From Parcubacteria group bacterium (GTDB lineage: Bacteria; Patescibacteriota; Minisyncoccia; Moranbacterales; UBA2206): DNA of 64,000 bases. The stretch lies in the NCBI GenBank assembly GCA_041659505.1, contig JBAZYF010000001.1, positions 189,274 through 253,273 of the forward strand, given 5' to 3'. The notes below the pieces were generated by a model, which ran no database searches, had not been told where the DNA came from, and saw nothing but the letters and a program-made list of their open reading frames with translations. The position numbers and the translations under genes were made by a program. This document shows positions 8,544 through 18,600 of this stretch, piece after piece; position 1 is the stretch's first letter; every line of letters begins with the position of its first letter.

Positions 8544-11500
8544 CTACTGGAAATTCAACGCGCTAGAATTATTATACAGTTGCTTGACTTGTTCGGCGGT
8601 GAGGGCGTAGTTGAAAATTTTGACTTCGTCGATTTGGCCGGGGAAAAAATAGCCATTATTTGAACTACCTAAATAAAGAGGAACTGAATCGCTGGATACA
8701 ATATTGCCAGTAGCAGCGGCATGATTTCTTGCGATGCCATCAACATAAATATAGACATTCGCTCCATCATAAATTCCCGTAATAAAATGCCAACTATTGT
8801 CCCAAACAATATTTCCTGAATCACCAGAAATAACTCCTCCGCTATTCGTAGTATGGACTCCGAACTGTAAATTTCCCGCACTTCCGGTGTACAATAAGTA
8901 CCCATAGCTCAAAGGAGCATCGCTTTTCCACACTAACCCTTCCCAATTTCCTGGGCTACTACTTTTTGCCCACATTGATACTGTCATACTATTCCCTGTT
9001 ATGTTCAAACTTGAACTATTGCTCACCAATGCCCAATCATCCCCCCCATCAAAATTCAAACTGGCGGCGTATTTTCCGGTTCTTCCATTATACCACGGTG
9101 TATTAGCATTGGCACTACAGGTGCCGGTGGTGGTTTGGCCGGAGGCGCCGAGATTTAATGTGCCGGTGTTGCCATTGCCACTGTCATCATGAATCGCCGT
9201 TCCCTGACACTCATTCATCCGCCACTCGGCAATCGGCCGCCCTTGATTATATTCCCAAGCAATTTGTGCCGGCGTGCGGGCGTAGTTGTAGATGCGGACT
9301 TGGTCGATCTGGCCGCCATAAGGATGCTCCCCGATCTGGCTATTGCCGATAGCGAGACCATAGCCGGTTACTGGAGTTCCGGTGTTTGAAGATCCTGACT
9401 GGGCGCCGTTTATATATAAGGTTCCTGTACCATTGCTTAAGCGCACTCCACAAACATACTGCCAAGTATTCAAATTTAAAGTTTTATCCGAAATTACAGC
9501 GCTAGATCCGTCATCGCTAGTTAAAGCCAAATTAGCTCCGTGATTATAGCTCATGAAAACAAATCTTGAGTTGCTGACTATCCCATCAAAAACATTCTTG
9601 CCCTGTGGTTTTATCCAGGCGCAAACAGTGACGGTGTTGGTGGAAATCAGATCAGTTCCGAGAGCCGCATAATCATCCACCCCATCAAACGTGCAGGCTT
9701 TGCCGACTTTTCCCGGTTGGGTGCAATCCATCCCGGTGTTGTTGGCGCCGTCAACGGTTGTGCCGTTGTTGCCGTTGCCGGAAGTGTCGTTGAGGTTTTT
9801 AGCGTCGCCAGATACTTTTTCATCCATCAGCCATTCCCCCACCGGTGCTGAGCATGTCGAAGTGTCGCCCGGCACGCAATACTGGCGTGAGTCGGAATTG
9901 CTAGGAGCGCCAGCCGAAGTCGTCCCGGAACTCCCCACCACTGCTGAGTAGCCGGAGTTGTAGTCGGATTTGACTTCGTCTTCGGTGAGGGCATAATTAT
10001 ATAATTTGACATCATCAAAAACCCCGCCAGCGTAGGCTGGTGAATTATCGAGCGATCTTCCACCAATAATTATTTTTTGGGCTGTTAGGGATTCAATGTC
10101 TCCCGAAAGAGCAAGGCTCGCTTCCAATTTTCCATTAATAAATATTTTTTTAGTATCACTACTGTCAAAAGAAAATACAAAATGATACCATTGTCCGCTT
10201 TGCATAACTGTTGTCCCAGTAGTATCGTGATAACTACCAATCCAATCACTGAAATGAGCTTTATGATCAGGATCTACAGCAACGACCCACTCACCACCCC
10301 AATCACCGCCATTAAAATATTTTGATATTTCACATGATTCCCCTGCGGTCGGCTTGCACCAATAGGAAACGGAAAATTCCGGACGAGCGCCATATGTTCC
10401 TGCATCGACATAATCATTCGTCCCATCAAAACTAAGCGCCTTGCCGTTTTTGCCGTCATTAGTCCAAGTCGGCGCGGATGATCCGACACCTAAGTTTCCA
10501 GCTAAACTTGCACCGCCATAACCGGAATTATGTGCTACAGAGCCGTAGCCTTCGTTGAAATTGTAATTGGCGATTGGTTGACTATTGCCTCCTCCGCCTG
10601 CTGGCTCCGGCGTGCCAAGCATATCATCCAAAATCTGCTGTTGGGTGCGGGCGTAGTTATATACACGGACGTCGTCGATTAATCCTAGAAAAGGATCCTC
10701 GGAAGGACCACTCGCGATATAAAGATCATAGCTAGTATTACCCACCGCCAAATAACTGCCCCAATCATAAGTGTAGGTATTTACACCGTCTACATAATAG
10801 ACAACCTTATAGCCATCATAGGTGGCAGAAACAAAATGCCATTTTCCATCCGTCACAACAGTTGGCGCATTTTGCGCTCTGAACGTTCCGCCGGAAAGAA
10901 TATACAAATACAACCTGCCCAGAGTATCCGTTCCAAACCACCAGCCATTGTCGTTATAGAGTTGCTTTTTGGCAAATAAATTCCAACCTGCGTGAGAACT
11001 ATTAATCCACATGCCGACCGACACGGTGCCGGAACTTTGCAAGCTGGAACCATTGCCACAATTTATCCAATCATCCACCCCATCAAAATTGCAAGCTGAA
11101 CCAAACTTGCCCGGCACAGTGCAATCCATTCCAGTGGTGTTGGCGCCGTAGTGGGTGGTGCCGTTATTGCCATAAGTCGAATCATCAGCAATCGTTTTTG
11201 CGTCCCCTTGTACTTTTTCATCCATCTTAAGATGCAAGACCGGCCCGGGTGCCCATTCGTAGAGTTTTTTAATTTCAGAAGGAGAAAGCGCGCGGTTGTA
11301 GATACGGGTTTCGTCGATTTTTCCCGGAAAATAATAATTACCTCCACCAATATATTCCCCCATTCTAACATTTGGGGTGAGTAAAGATAACGTAGCCGAA
11401 GTTTGATTATTTTTTTCGCCGTTTAGGTACATAATCAGATTCTTTCCCGAAAAATCATACACTATTGAAAAATGATACCAAGTATTCTGGGTAATTGTTC

Positions 11501-13868
11501 CGGTGCTTGAAAGATATAATCCATCAGCGGGGTCTTGAAAGTTTAACTGATTTGAAGTAATATGAATTTGTTTTTGAAAATCTAAATCAATAATATGATC
11601 TTCGGAAGTATCATTAACATTTCGATAGAACCAGCCAGAAATCGAAAAACTATTGTCGAATGCTGTTGCATCATTTAAAGCACCTACATTTACATAATCA
11701 TCCCCCCCATCAAAACTCCCCCCATTGCCAAATTTTCCTCCCGCAGTCGTAACGCCTCCGGCGGATGTTCCGTTATTATTGTTGTCACTAGCGTCTTTCA
11801 CTTCCCCGCTCGTGCCGCTCCAACTCGCTTCGTCCATTTTCCAATAACCGACCAGGCCGTCGGTGAGCCATTTTGTTGATTCGGAGCCAAAGGCAGCCGA
11901 CGCGCCTTGGGGGGCGCTTTGGCTTGCCAAGCCGGCGTTATAATCCTGCAAAATCTGCGCTTGCGTGCGGGCGTAGGGGTAGATTTTTGGTTCGTCGATG
12001 GAGCCTTGAAACAATGAATCTGTATTAACTGCTCCACCACCAAACCAAGCGCCTATCCGCAATTTATCACCTGTAGGAATTGAAGCAGAACTGGAATCTG
12101 TCCCTTTACTCACACCGTCTAAATACATTTCAAAGTCGTTGCCACTCCGGGTTAAAATGATGTGATGCCATTGATTAGTGGATGGGTCAACTCCGAGAGA
12201 AAAATACAACTGGCCTATTCCGCTGGTTCCAAACCAAAACTCCATGGCCGAATCTCCGCTATTATAAAACCATTCCCAGTCCATACTACCATATTCATCC
12301 CGCTTGCTCATCAATGTTTTATATGCGGATCCCGTTGTCCATGTTTTAGAATTAAACCAAAGAGAAAGAGTAAAATCTCCTGTCATATCAAGACTGCTAT
12401 CGTTGCCCATATCCACATAATCACTCGTCCCATTAAACGAAAGACACTTCCCACTCACACAATCACTCTCCGGCTTCCACGTCGCCCCGGTGATGCTGCC
12501 GTCATTTTTGTTGGCACTTTCATCGTGCGCGACCGCGCCTTGACCTTCATCGAATGACCAATAGGCGACCGGGGCTGGCGATATTTCTTCGGTTCCCAGC
12601 GCGCCAACAGAATAGGTTGACGCTTCGGTGGAGAAATTGGTGGGGAAAATTGTGTAGGTATAGTTAGAAGTATCATTGCGATTGAAACCACTTTCCTCAC
12701 TCGTCCAATTGAATGTCGAGCCATTTTGGGTCGAAGTGATGGTGGTGCCGGTAACAGAGGGAGAAATAATCTGCCTAGCAGAGGCATCATCCACTCTAAA
12801 ACTCTTGCCGACTGGTGAGATGGGGCTCCACCAGTTTGGATCAATGCCTTGAGCTATATCTGCTTTTGTCCTGTACCCACCACAACTAGTCCAGGCTGTA
12901 TCGCCACTGTCAATAGAACATAAGTTATAATAATCAAAAGTTTGGAAAAGACAAGCACCATCTGTTTGATCAACATTGCGCAGCCAGATACTCATATAGT
13001 AAAGTGCACCGGACGTAAATATGATATCCGATGAGGCCCCTGCCGTATTGCCAGTTGCCAAAACATTCAACGAATACGCTCCTGAGCTCCCCGGCCTCGG
13101 ATCAGTCACTCGACTGAGTGTCGCGTACCAGGCATGCCAATCGGAAGGCGGATCGCCAGTTTCAAATCCGGGATTTAATACTAATTCGCTTCCCAGCGAC
13201 TCCCCTGACCCCGCCGCCTTGATATAGCCAATCAATTCTAATCCTGCATTATCGGCAATAAACAGTTTGCTATTCAAATTATTAGTGAGAACGTTGGCAG
13301 CAGAAAAATCGACAAAAGCGGTGCCGTTAACAATGGATAGTTTCATATTCGCTTGCGTCACTGCTCCCGTCTGCGTCTGAGTAAAACCATTTTCCGCACC
13401 GGGGTTGCCATAATATTCCCAAATGGCTTGCTCACCTGCCGGGAAAGTTTCAAAGCTGACATAGACCGAAGTATTGGCCGTTCCGCAACCGGAAACAATC
13501 AGATAGGGCATAACCTTGCCGTCATTCTTGGTGAAACGCAAATCTCCGCAATCGGCTTGGAATTTAGTCGTGTCGGAAGTGTCCACGGTGAGCGCGACAT
13601 AGACATTCGTTTGCACTGCTCCGCTGTTGGTCAGTTGGATTGATTTGCGAAAGGCCCATTTTTCATCCCACCAGGAAGCTTCGGTGCTTCTGCCAGAAAG
13701 CCAGAAGTAAATTGGTAAAATTATTATCACTAATAAAATGGCCAGGGCGAGGGTTTTGGCTTTTTTGGATTGAAAAATTCTTTTCAAAAATTTGGCGAAT
13801 TTAAACAGGCCACGGATGAGGTGGAGCATTAGGCGTTGGAATTTTTGTTTGAGGGTTGGCATTTTCAA
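8544..13868 (-). CDS. giant cell-surface protein LamG2: TM + DUF2341-like + six LamG domains, 1,774 aa
   Basis: same domain motif order as LamG1; N-terminus MKMPTLKQKFQR..., identical C-terminus; real start may be the second ATG (13862). Confidence 0.85.
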   Translation of the reverse strand: MKMPTLKQKFQRLMLHLIRGLFKFAKFLKRIFQSKKAKTLALAILLVIIILPIYFWLSGRSTEASWWDEKWAFRKSIQLTNSGAVQTNVYVALTVDTSDTTKFQADCGDLRFTKNDGKVMPYLIVSGCGTANTSVYVSFETFPAGEQAIWEYYGNPGAENGFTQTQTGAVTQANMKLSIVNGTAFVDFSAANVLTNNLNSKLFIADNAGLELIGYIKAAGSGESLGSELVLNPGFETGDPPSDWHAWYATLSRVTDPRPGSSGAYSLNVLATGNTAGASSDIIFTSGALYYMSIWLRNVDQTDGACLFQTFDYYNLCSIDSGDTAWTSCGGYRTKADIAQGIDPNWWSPISPVGKSFRVDDASARQIISPSVTGTTITSTQNGSTFNWTSEESGFNRNDTSNYTYTIFPTNFSTEASTYSVGALGTEEISPAPVAYWSFDEGQGAVAHDESANKNDGSITGATWKPESDCVSGKCLSFNGTSDYVDMGNDSSLDMTGDFTLSLWFNSKTWTTGSAYKTLMSKRDEYGSMDWEWFYNSGDSAMEFWFGTSGIGQLYFSLGVDPSTNQWHHIILTRSGNDFEMYLDGVSKGTDSSSASIPTGDKLRIGAWFGGGAVNTDSLFQGSIDEPKIYPYARTQAQILQDYNAGLASQSAPQGASAAFGSESTKWLTDGLVGYWKMDEASWSGTSGEVKDASDNNNNGTSAGGVTTAGGKFGNGGSFDGGDDYVNVGALNDATAFDNSFSISGWFYRNVNDTSEDHIIDLDFQKQIHITSNQLNFQDPADGLYLSSTGTITQNTWYHFSIVYDFSGKNLIMYLNGEKNNQTSATLSLLTPNVRMGEYIGGGNYYFPGKIDETRIYNRALSPSEIKKLYEWAPGPVLHLKMDEKVQGDAKTIADDSTYGNNGTTHYGANTTGMDCTVPGKFGSACNFDGVDDWINCGNGSSLQSSGTVSVGMWINSSHAGWNLFAKKQLYNDNGWWFGTDTLGRLYLYILSGGTFRAQNAPTVVTDGKWHFVSATYDGYKVVYYVDGVNTYTYDWGSYLAVGNTSYDLYIASGPSEDPFLGLIDDVRVYNYARTQQQILDDMLGTPEPAGGGGNSQPIANYNFNEGYGSVAHNSGYGGASLAGNLGVGSSAPTWTNDGKNGKALSFDGTNDYVDAGTYGARPEFSVSYWCKPTAGESCEISKYFNGGDWGGEWVVAVDPDHKAHFSDWIGSYHDTTGTTVMQSGQWYHFVFSFDSSDTKKIFINGKLEASLALSGDIESLTAQKIIIGGRSLDNSPAYAGGVFDDVKLYNYALTEDEVKSDYNSGYSAVVGSSGTTSAGAPSNSDSRQYCVPGDTSTCSAPVGEWLMDEKVSGDAKNLNDTSGNGNNGTTVDGANNTGMDCTQPGKVGKACTFDGVDDYAALGTDLISTNTVTVCAWIKPQGKNVFDGIVSNSRFVFMSYNHGANLALTSDDGSSAVISDKTLNLNTWQYVCGVRLSNGTGTLYINGAQSGSSNTGTPVTGYGLAIGNSQIGEHPYGGQIDQVRIYNYARTPAQIAWEYNQGRPIAEWRMNECQGTAIHDDSGNGNTGTLNLGASGQTTTGTCSANANTPWYNGRTGKYAASLNFDGGDDWALVSNSSSLNITGNSMTVSMWAKSSSPGNWEGLVWKSDAPLSYGYLLYTGSAGNLQFGVHTTNSGGVISGDSGNIVWDNSWHFITGIYDGANVYIYVDGIARNHAAATGNIVSSDSVPLYLGSSNNGYFFPGQIDEVKIFNYALTAEQVKQLYNNSSALNFQ

Positions 13869-13884
13869 ATTTTATTATTCCCCC

Positions 13885-13910
13885 GTAGAGACGAGGCACT
13901 GCCTCGTCTT
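13885..13910. repeat. PE copy GTAGAGACGAGGCA-c-TGCCTCGTCTTGG, ~20 nt upstream of the LamG2 ATG
   Basis: on the gene strand: ...CGTCTCTACgggggaataataaaatttgaaaATG. Confidence 0.75.
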
Positions 13911-13945
13911 GGGCATTATTTTTCACCTCGTCTTGGGTTAAATTT
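13900..13945. promoter_or_regulatory. direct-repeat array of CCTCGTCTTGG half-sites (~27-bp spacing, 3 copies including the PE arm) in the LamG2 leader
   Basis: cctcgtcttgggcattatttttcacctcgtcttgggtta; parallels the 4-copy array at 21148-21250. Confidence 0.5.
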
Positions 13946-13991
13946 TTCTGCGTTTTGCTGTTGTTGGTTTGCGCATTGACGTTGTTAGTTC

Positions 13992-14017
13992 TAGACGTGG
14001 CAATGCCACGTCTCTAC
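13992..14017. repeat. PE copy, stem variant TAGACGTGGCA-a-TGCCACGTCTCTAC
   Basis: same GTGG/CCAC variant as 2065-2090. Confidence 0.75.
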
Positions 14018-14049
14018 AATTAGAATATAACGTATTAGAATATGCATAT

Positions 14050-14078
14050 ATTATACCGTAATTTTCACTATTTTACAA
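14050..14078 (-). promoter_or_regulatory. candidate sigma70-type promoter on the minus strand: TTGTAA, 17-bp spacer, TATAAT
   Basis: minus-strand reading ttgtaaaatagtgaaaattacggTATAATat; lies between the ATPase2 stop and the PE/iteron leader of LamG2. Confidence 0.45.
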
Positions 14079-14179
14079 AACAAAAAATCCTTAAAAAACA
14101 GGTTTTCAAATAAAAATTGGGCGTGGTAATTCGGGCGGTTTGAGTTTGCTTTTTTTGCTGTTAATTGAGCGCGCTAAAA

Positions 14180-15478
14180 TTATTTTAAATCTAAAAGCCA
14201 TTTCCAAACCGGAACTATTTTGATTTTTTTGCCTTTTATCTCTCGCTTCTCTTCCTGATTCTCGGTGATAATCAGTCCATTTTTAAGCTTAAACTTTTCC
14301 ATCGCTTCCAAGAGTCCCGCCAATTCCCTTTTTTCGTTATTATTATCCAACACCTTCGTCACCTGAATCGCTTCTGTTATTTTTCGTCCTTCTCTGACGA
14401 CAAAATCACATTCATGTTTTTCAAAATGGTAATAGATTTCTTTTCCCGCTTCTAAAAGGCCCAAAAAAACTGTGTTTTCCAAAAAACGGCCAAAATTTTC
14501 ACTAAACGAAAATGAGACTGCACTGATAAAGCTATTGTCGATCGCATAGGCTTTTTTGGGATAATTTTCCTGCTTTTTAAGCGAGTATTGATAGTTAGAC
14601 AGTTCGAACAAGAGAAAAGATTTTTCAAAAAATCCGATATATTCCTTGACGGTCTTATCATTCATCTGCAAAAAATCCGCTAGTGCGTTATAGCTGTACT
14701 TTTGGCCGATGTTGGAAAAAAGGTAGAGCAAAAGATTTTCGATTTCCCGAGTTTTTTTCACTTCAAAGCGCGGAACAATATCTTGATAGAGAATGTTTTT
14801 GTAATAATTGATTAGAATTTCTTGCCTGATTTCCTTCTTCTTTTCCAGGACTATTTCCGGAAAACCGCCAACTTTCAAGTATTCTCCGAAAACTTTTTTT
14901 AATTTTCCTTCGTTTCTTATCTGCTCCACCGCGCTACGCACTTCAATTTTTCTGGCGTCCGCTATTTCCGCCAAATTAAACGGGTAGATCTTTTTGGCAA
15001 TCGATCGGCCGGAAAGTAGTGTAGCCATCTCTGCCGAAAGCAGCCGAGAATTTGATCCGGTAATAAAAAATTTTACCCCGCCTTTCTCATAGAGACTTTT
15101 GACAAAAACTTGCCAATCGGAAAAAAACTGAACTTCATCCAGAAAAACAAACACTTTGCCCTTTGGTTCGACCAGCGCCAAATATTCCTCGAAAATTTTC
15201 GCAAGATTTCCCGGATCATTCTTGAAGCGATTAAGCAAGGGCGATTCCAAATTAAGTAGCAAGATATTTTTTGGTTTGACCTTTTTTTCTTGTATCAAAA
15301 ATTCGATCAATTGCCTGGCAACGGTTGATTTCCCGCTTCTTCGGACGCCCACCAAAGCCACAATTTGCCTGATATTGAGATATTTGACAAGTTCCACGAG
15401 AATTGCCCGCGGAAAGCCAACCTCCAGCGCTGTGCCCGCCCAATGCCTATTTTGCTCAACGATAAATTTTTCAAACAT
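14180..15478 (-). CDS. COG1373-type AAA+ ATPase with DUF4143/PD-(D/E)xK-like C-domain, ATPase2
   Basis: GVRRSGKST Walker A, VFLDEVQF Walker B, C-terminal HECDFVV...EAIQVTK. Confidence 0.8.
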   Translation of the reverse strand: MFEKFIVEQNRHWAGTALEVGFPRAILVELVKYLNIRQIVALVGVRRSGKSTVARQLIEFLIQEKKVKPKNILLLNLESPLLNRFKNDPGNLAKIFEEYLALVEPKGKVFVFLDEVQFFSDWQVFVKSLYEKGGVKFFITGSNSRLLSAEMATLLSGRSIAKKIYPFNLAEIADARKIEVRSAVEQIRNEGKLKKVFGEYLKVGGFPEIVLEKKKEIRQEILINYYKNILYQDIVPRFEVKKTREIENLLLYLFSNIGQKYSYNALADFLQMNDKTVKEYIGFFEKSFLLFELSNYQYSLKKQENYPKKAYAIDNSFISAVSFSFSENFGRFLENTVFLGLLEAGKEIYYHFEKHECDFVVREGRKITEAIQVTKVLDNNNEKRELAGLLEAMEKFKLKNGLIITENQEEKREIKGKKIKIVPVWKWLLDLK

Positions 15479-15507
15479 ACGATTCTATTACGAATTAACC
15501 ACTGTTT

Positions 15508-15529
15508 ATTCGTATTGTATTACGAATAG
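15508..15529. promoter_or_regulatory. operator-like inverted repeat TATTCGTA-ttgtat-TACGAATA ~30 nt upstream of the ATPase2 start; related half-site TATTACGAAT at 15487-15496
   Basis: perfect 8-bp arms seen directly. Confidence 0.35.
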
Positions 15530-15597
15530 ATTGAGATGTCAATTTAATCTATTTTCCCCTGAATGTTGTTGTTTTGCGCGTTGCTGTTTTCAGGTCT

Positions 15598-15623
15598 AGA
15601 CGAGGCAATGCCTCGTCTCTACA
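15598..15623. repeat. PE copy TAGACGAGGCA-a-TGCCTCGTCTCTAC
   Basis: inverted repeat; preceded by the conserved block GTTGTTGTTTTGCGCGTTGCTGTTTTCAGG also seen upstream of LamG2 and LamG3. Confidence 0.75.
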
Positions 15624-15632
15624 GGAATCATG

Positions 15633-15666
15633 CCAATCATTTAATCAGAAAAATCATAGTTTCGGA
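15633..15666. repeat. LamG 3'-flank module, full copy, directly downstream of the LamG3 stop
   Basis: GCCAATCATTTAATCAGAAAAATCATAGTTTCGGACTACTGG. Confidence 0.65.
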
Positions 15667-18600
15667 CTACTGGAAGTTGAGCGCGCTAGAATTATTATAC
15701 AATTGTTTCACTTGCTCGGCGGTGAGGGCGTAGTTGAAGATTTTGACTTCGTCGATTTTTCCTCCAAACGGATAACTAGAATATGTATTATCACCCATAA
15801 AAACATCGCCTGACGAATCATCAATCCTGGTGCCGCTTCCCCTGTTAGTATATGCAGCTACTATCTCTTCTCCGTTTATAAATAAATGAACACTATTAGC
15901 GCCTATCCCGCCGGAATAGACACCACAAACATACTGCCAGCTATTAAAGACTATTAAATTATCTGGCGTTTCCCTTAAAGCAATATAGTCACTCGTCGTA
16001 TTTGCAATTGACATGCCTAAGTGATTAGTATTCCAGATATACAAATCCCACCCAAAATAAGAGAGGCCATGTTTTGCAACAATCAAGGCATCAGTTTTAG
16101 TCGGATAAATCCAGGCGCAAGCTGAAAATGTTGCCATATTATCCAATGCTACTGGCGATCCCGCATTCACATAATCCCCCACCCCATCAAAATTCAAACT
16201 GGCGCCGTATTTTCCGGTTCGTCCGTTGTACCAGGGGGTGTCGGCGTTGGCACTGCAAGTGCCGGCGGTTGTTTGACCAGAGGCGCCCAGATTGATCGTC
16301 CCGTCATTACGATTCAAACTTTCATCATGCACCGTCGCGCCTTGGCATTCATCAAAATTCCACTGCGCCACCGGTTGCCCTTGGTTATATTCCCAAGCAA
16401 TTTGCGCCGGAGTGCGGGCGTAGTTGTAGATGCGGACTTGGTCGATTTGGCCGGTCCAATAATCTGCGCTAGTCGCTGGATCTTTTCCAACCGTAAGATT
16501 ATAAACACCCGAAACGACATCTAGGGTTTGGGCGACCGGAGTGGCCGCGGATATGCCATCAACATAAATTCTAAGATAACTGCCATCAAATGTTCCAGCA
16601 ACGTAGTGCCACGAATTATCATTGTAGCCATTTTTATCGCTCACAATATATATATAGCTACTTGAATCATGTAATTGCAAAGCAAAATCACCGGGATTAT
16701 CACCATTGGCAAATAACATATATCCATTTCTGTCAGTATCCCAGTTAGCATTTCCGACTATTGCTGGCCAATTTACTGTACTAGTAGTAAATTTAACCCA
16801 AGCCGAAACTGTTCCAGTGTGGGTCAGCTGGATTGATGGATCATTTCCCAGATCCGCATAATCGTCCACCCCATCAAAGCTACACGCTGTCCCCGCTTTT
16901 CCCGGTACACTACAATCCATTCCGGTTGTATTGGCGCCGTAATGTGTTGTGCCGTTGTTGCCGTTGCCTGATGTGTCATAAATCGTTTTTGCATCGCCTT
17001 TGACTTTTTCTTCCATCTTCCATTCCCCCACCGGCGCGGCGCAAGCGGTTGTGTCGCCCGGCACGCAATATTCTCCTCCGGCGGAATTGGTCGGCGCGCC
17101 AGTCGAAGCGGCCGTGCCCGCCGAACCCCACTGCGCCGAAGCACCGGAGTTGTAATCGGTTTTAATTTCGTCTTCGGTGAGAGCGTAGGGGTAGATTTTG
17201 ACGTCGTCAAGCTGTCCACCGAAATAATTTATCGGAGGATCATATGAGTTATTTCTGCCAATATTTAAATCATCCGATGAATATTGTAATGAACCTCCTG
17301 CCCCATAACCATTTGCCGAATAAATTGTTGCGATTTCCTTACCATCAATATATGTTTTTGAATCTGAAGCATCTCCCCGCACTGGAGAAAATGTCACCAC
17401 CAGATGGTGCCAATTATTATCTGGATATGGGAGTGTGCCGCATGGCGTTTCCCAATAGGGATAACCGTTGTTTGTTTGTATTTCAAAATGCGTTCCTCCT
17501 GCATATAGACACGTAGTGGAGAAAGAATAACTCTTTCCTGAAGTAGTGCCGTAGGCCTTATTTATCATCGTTCCACCCCCCCCATTTTGTTTTATCCAAG
17601 TAGAAAGTGTAAGTGCAGCCGGACGTAGGGCTGTACTATCCGGCACGCTGACATAATCATTCACCCCATCAAAACTCAAAGCCTTGCCATTTTTGCCGTC
17701 ATTAGTCCAAGTCGGCGCGGATGAGCCGACGCCCAGATTTGCATTCGTAGAGACGCATTGCGATGCGTCTCTACAACCCAGCCCGGAATTATGCGCCACA
17801 GAGCCGTAGCCTTCGTTGAAATCATAATTTACAATTGGTTGGCCATTGCCACCTCCGCCTGCTGGCTCCGGCGTGCCAAGCATATCCTCTAAAATCTGCT
17901 GTTGGGTGCGGGCGTAGTTGTAGATTCTCACATCATCCATTTTTCCTTTGAGCGCTTCATCCCAACTTGAGGTGCCAAAAACAAAACCGGCATTATCATT
18001 AGCAATTGGCGCTTCATTGCCCGTACCGCTAACCCAGCTTCCACTTACCGGGTTTCCATTCAAAAAAGCCTTGATGGAACTGCCTTGCCCGAAAGTATAT
18101 TCGAGGGTGAGATACGACCACTCATTCAATGGCACACCAGCACTAGCTACCTGCCACGACGACCAATCAGAATTATCCACTCGACGATAATAAAGAGTCG
18201 GATAAGCTCCAATTAGCGCAAAGCCATAGTTTTCATTCAATGTGGCTCCTTTGAAAATAAGATTGCTCTCACCGGCATATGCTTCGGGATTGACCCAAAG
18301 GGAAATTGTAATCGTTTTGCCCAATTGGAAATCATAGGGGCTGTTAGTGCCGGAATCAGGAAAATTCGCTTCATCGGGAACGCTACTGTCGAAAACTAGT
18401 GCACTGCCATATTTTCCCGTTGTCCAAACCGGGTCCTCGGCTTCGGCGGAACTGGTCGTACCCAAAACTCCTTCTCCAGTCGGTTGCTCGGAATTATAGA
18501 AATTCTGACCGGTTTTTTCATCAAATTTCCAATAGGCTACCGGGCCGGGTGCCCACTGGTAGAGTTTTTTAATTTCAGCGGGCGAAAGCGCGCGGTTGTA

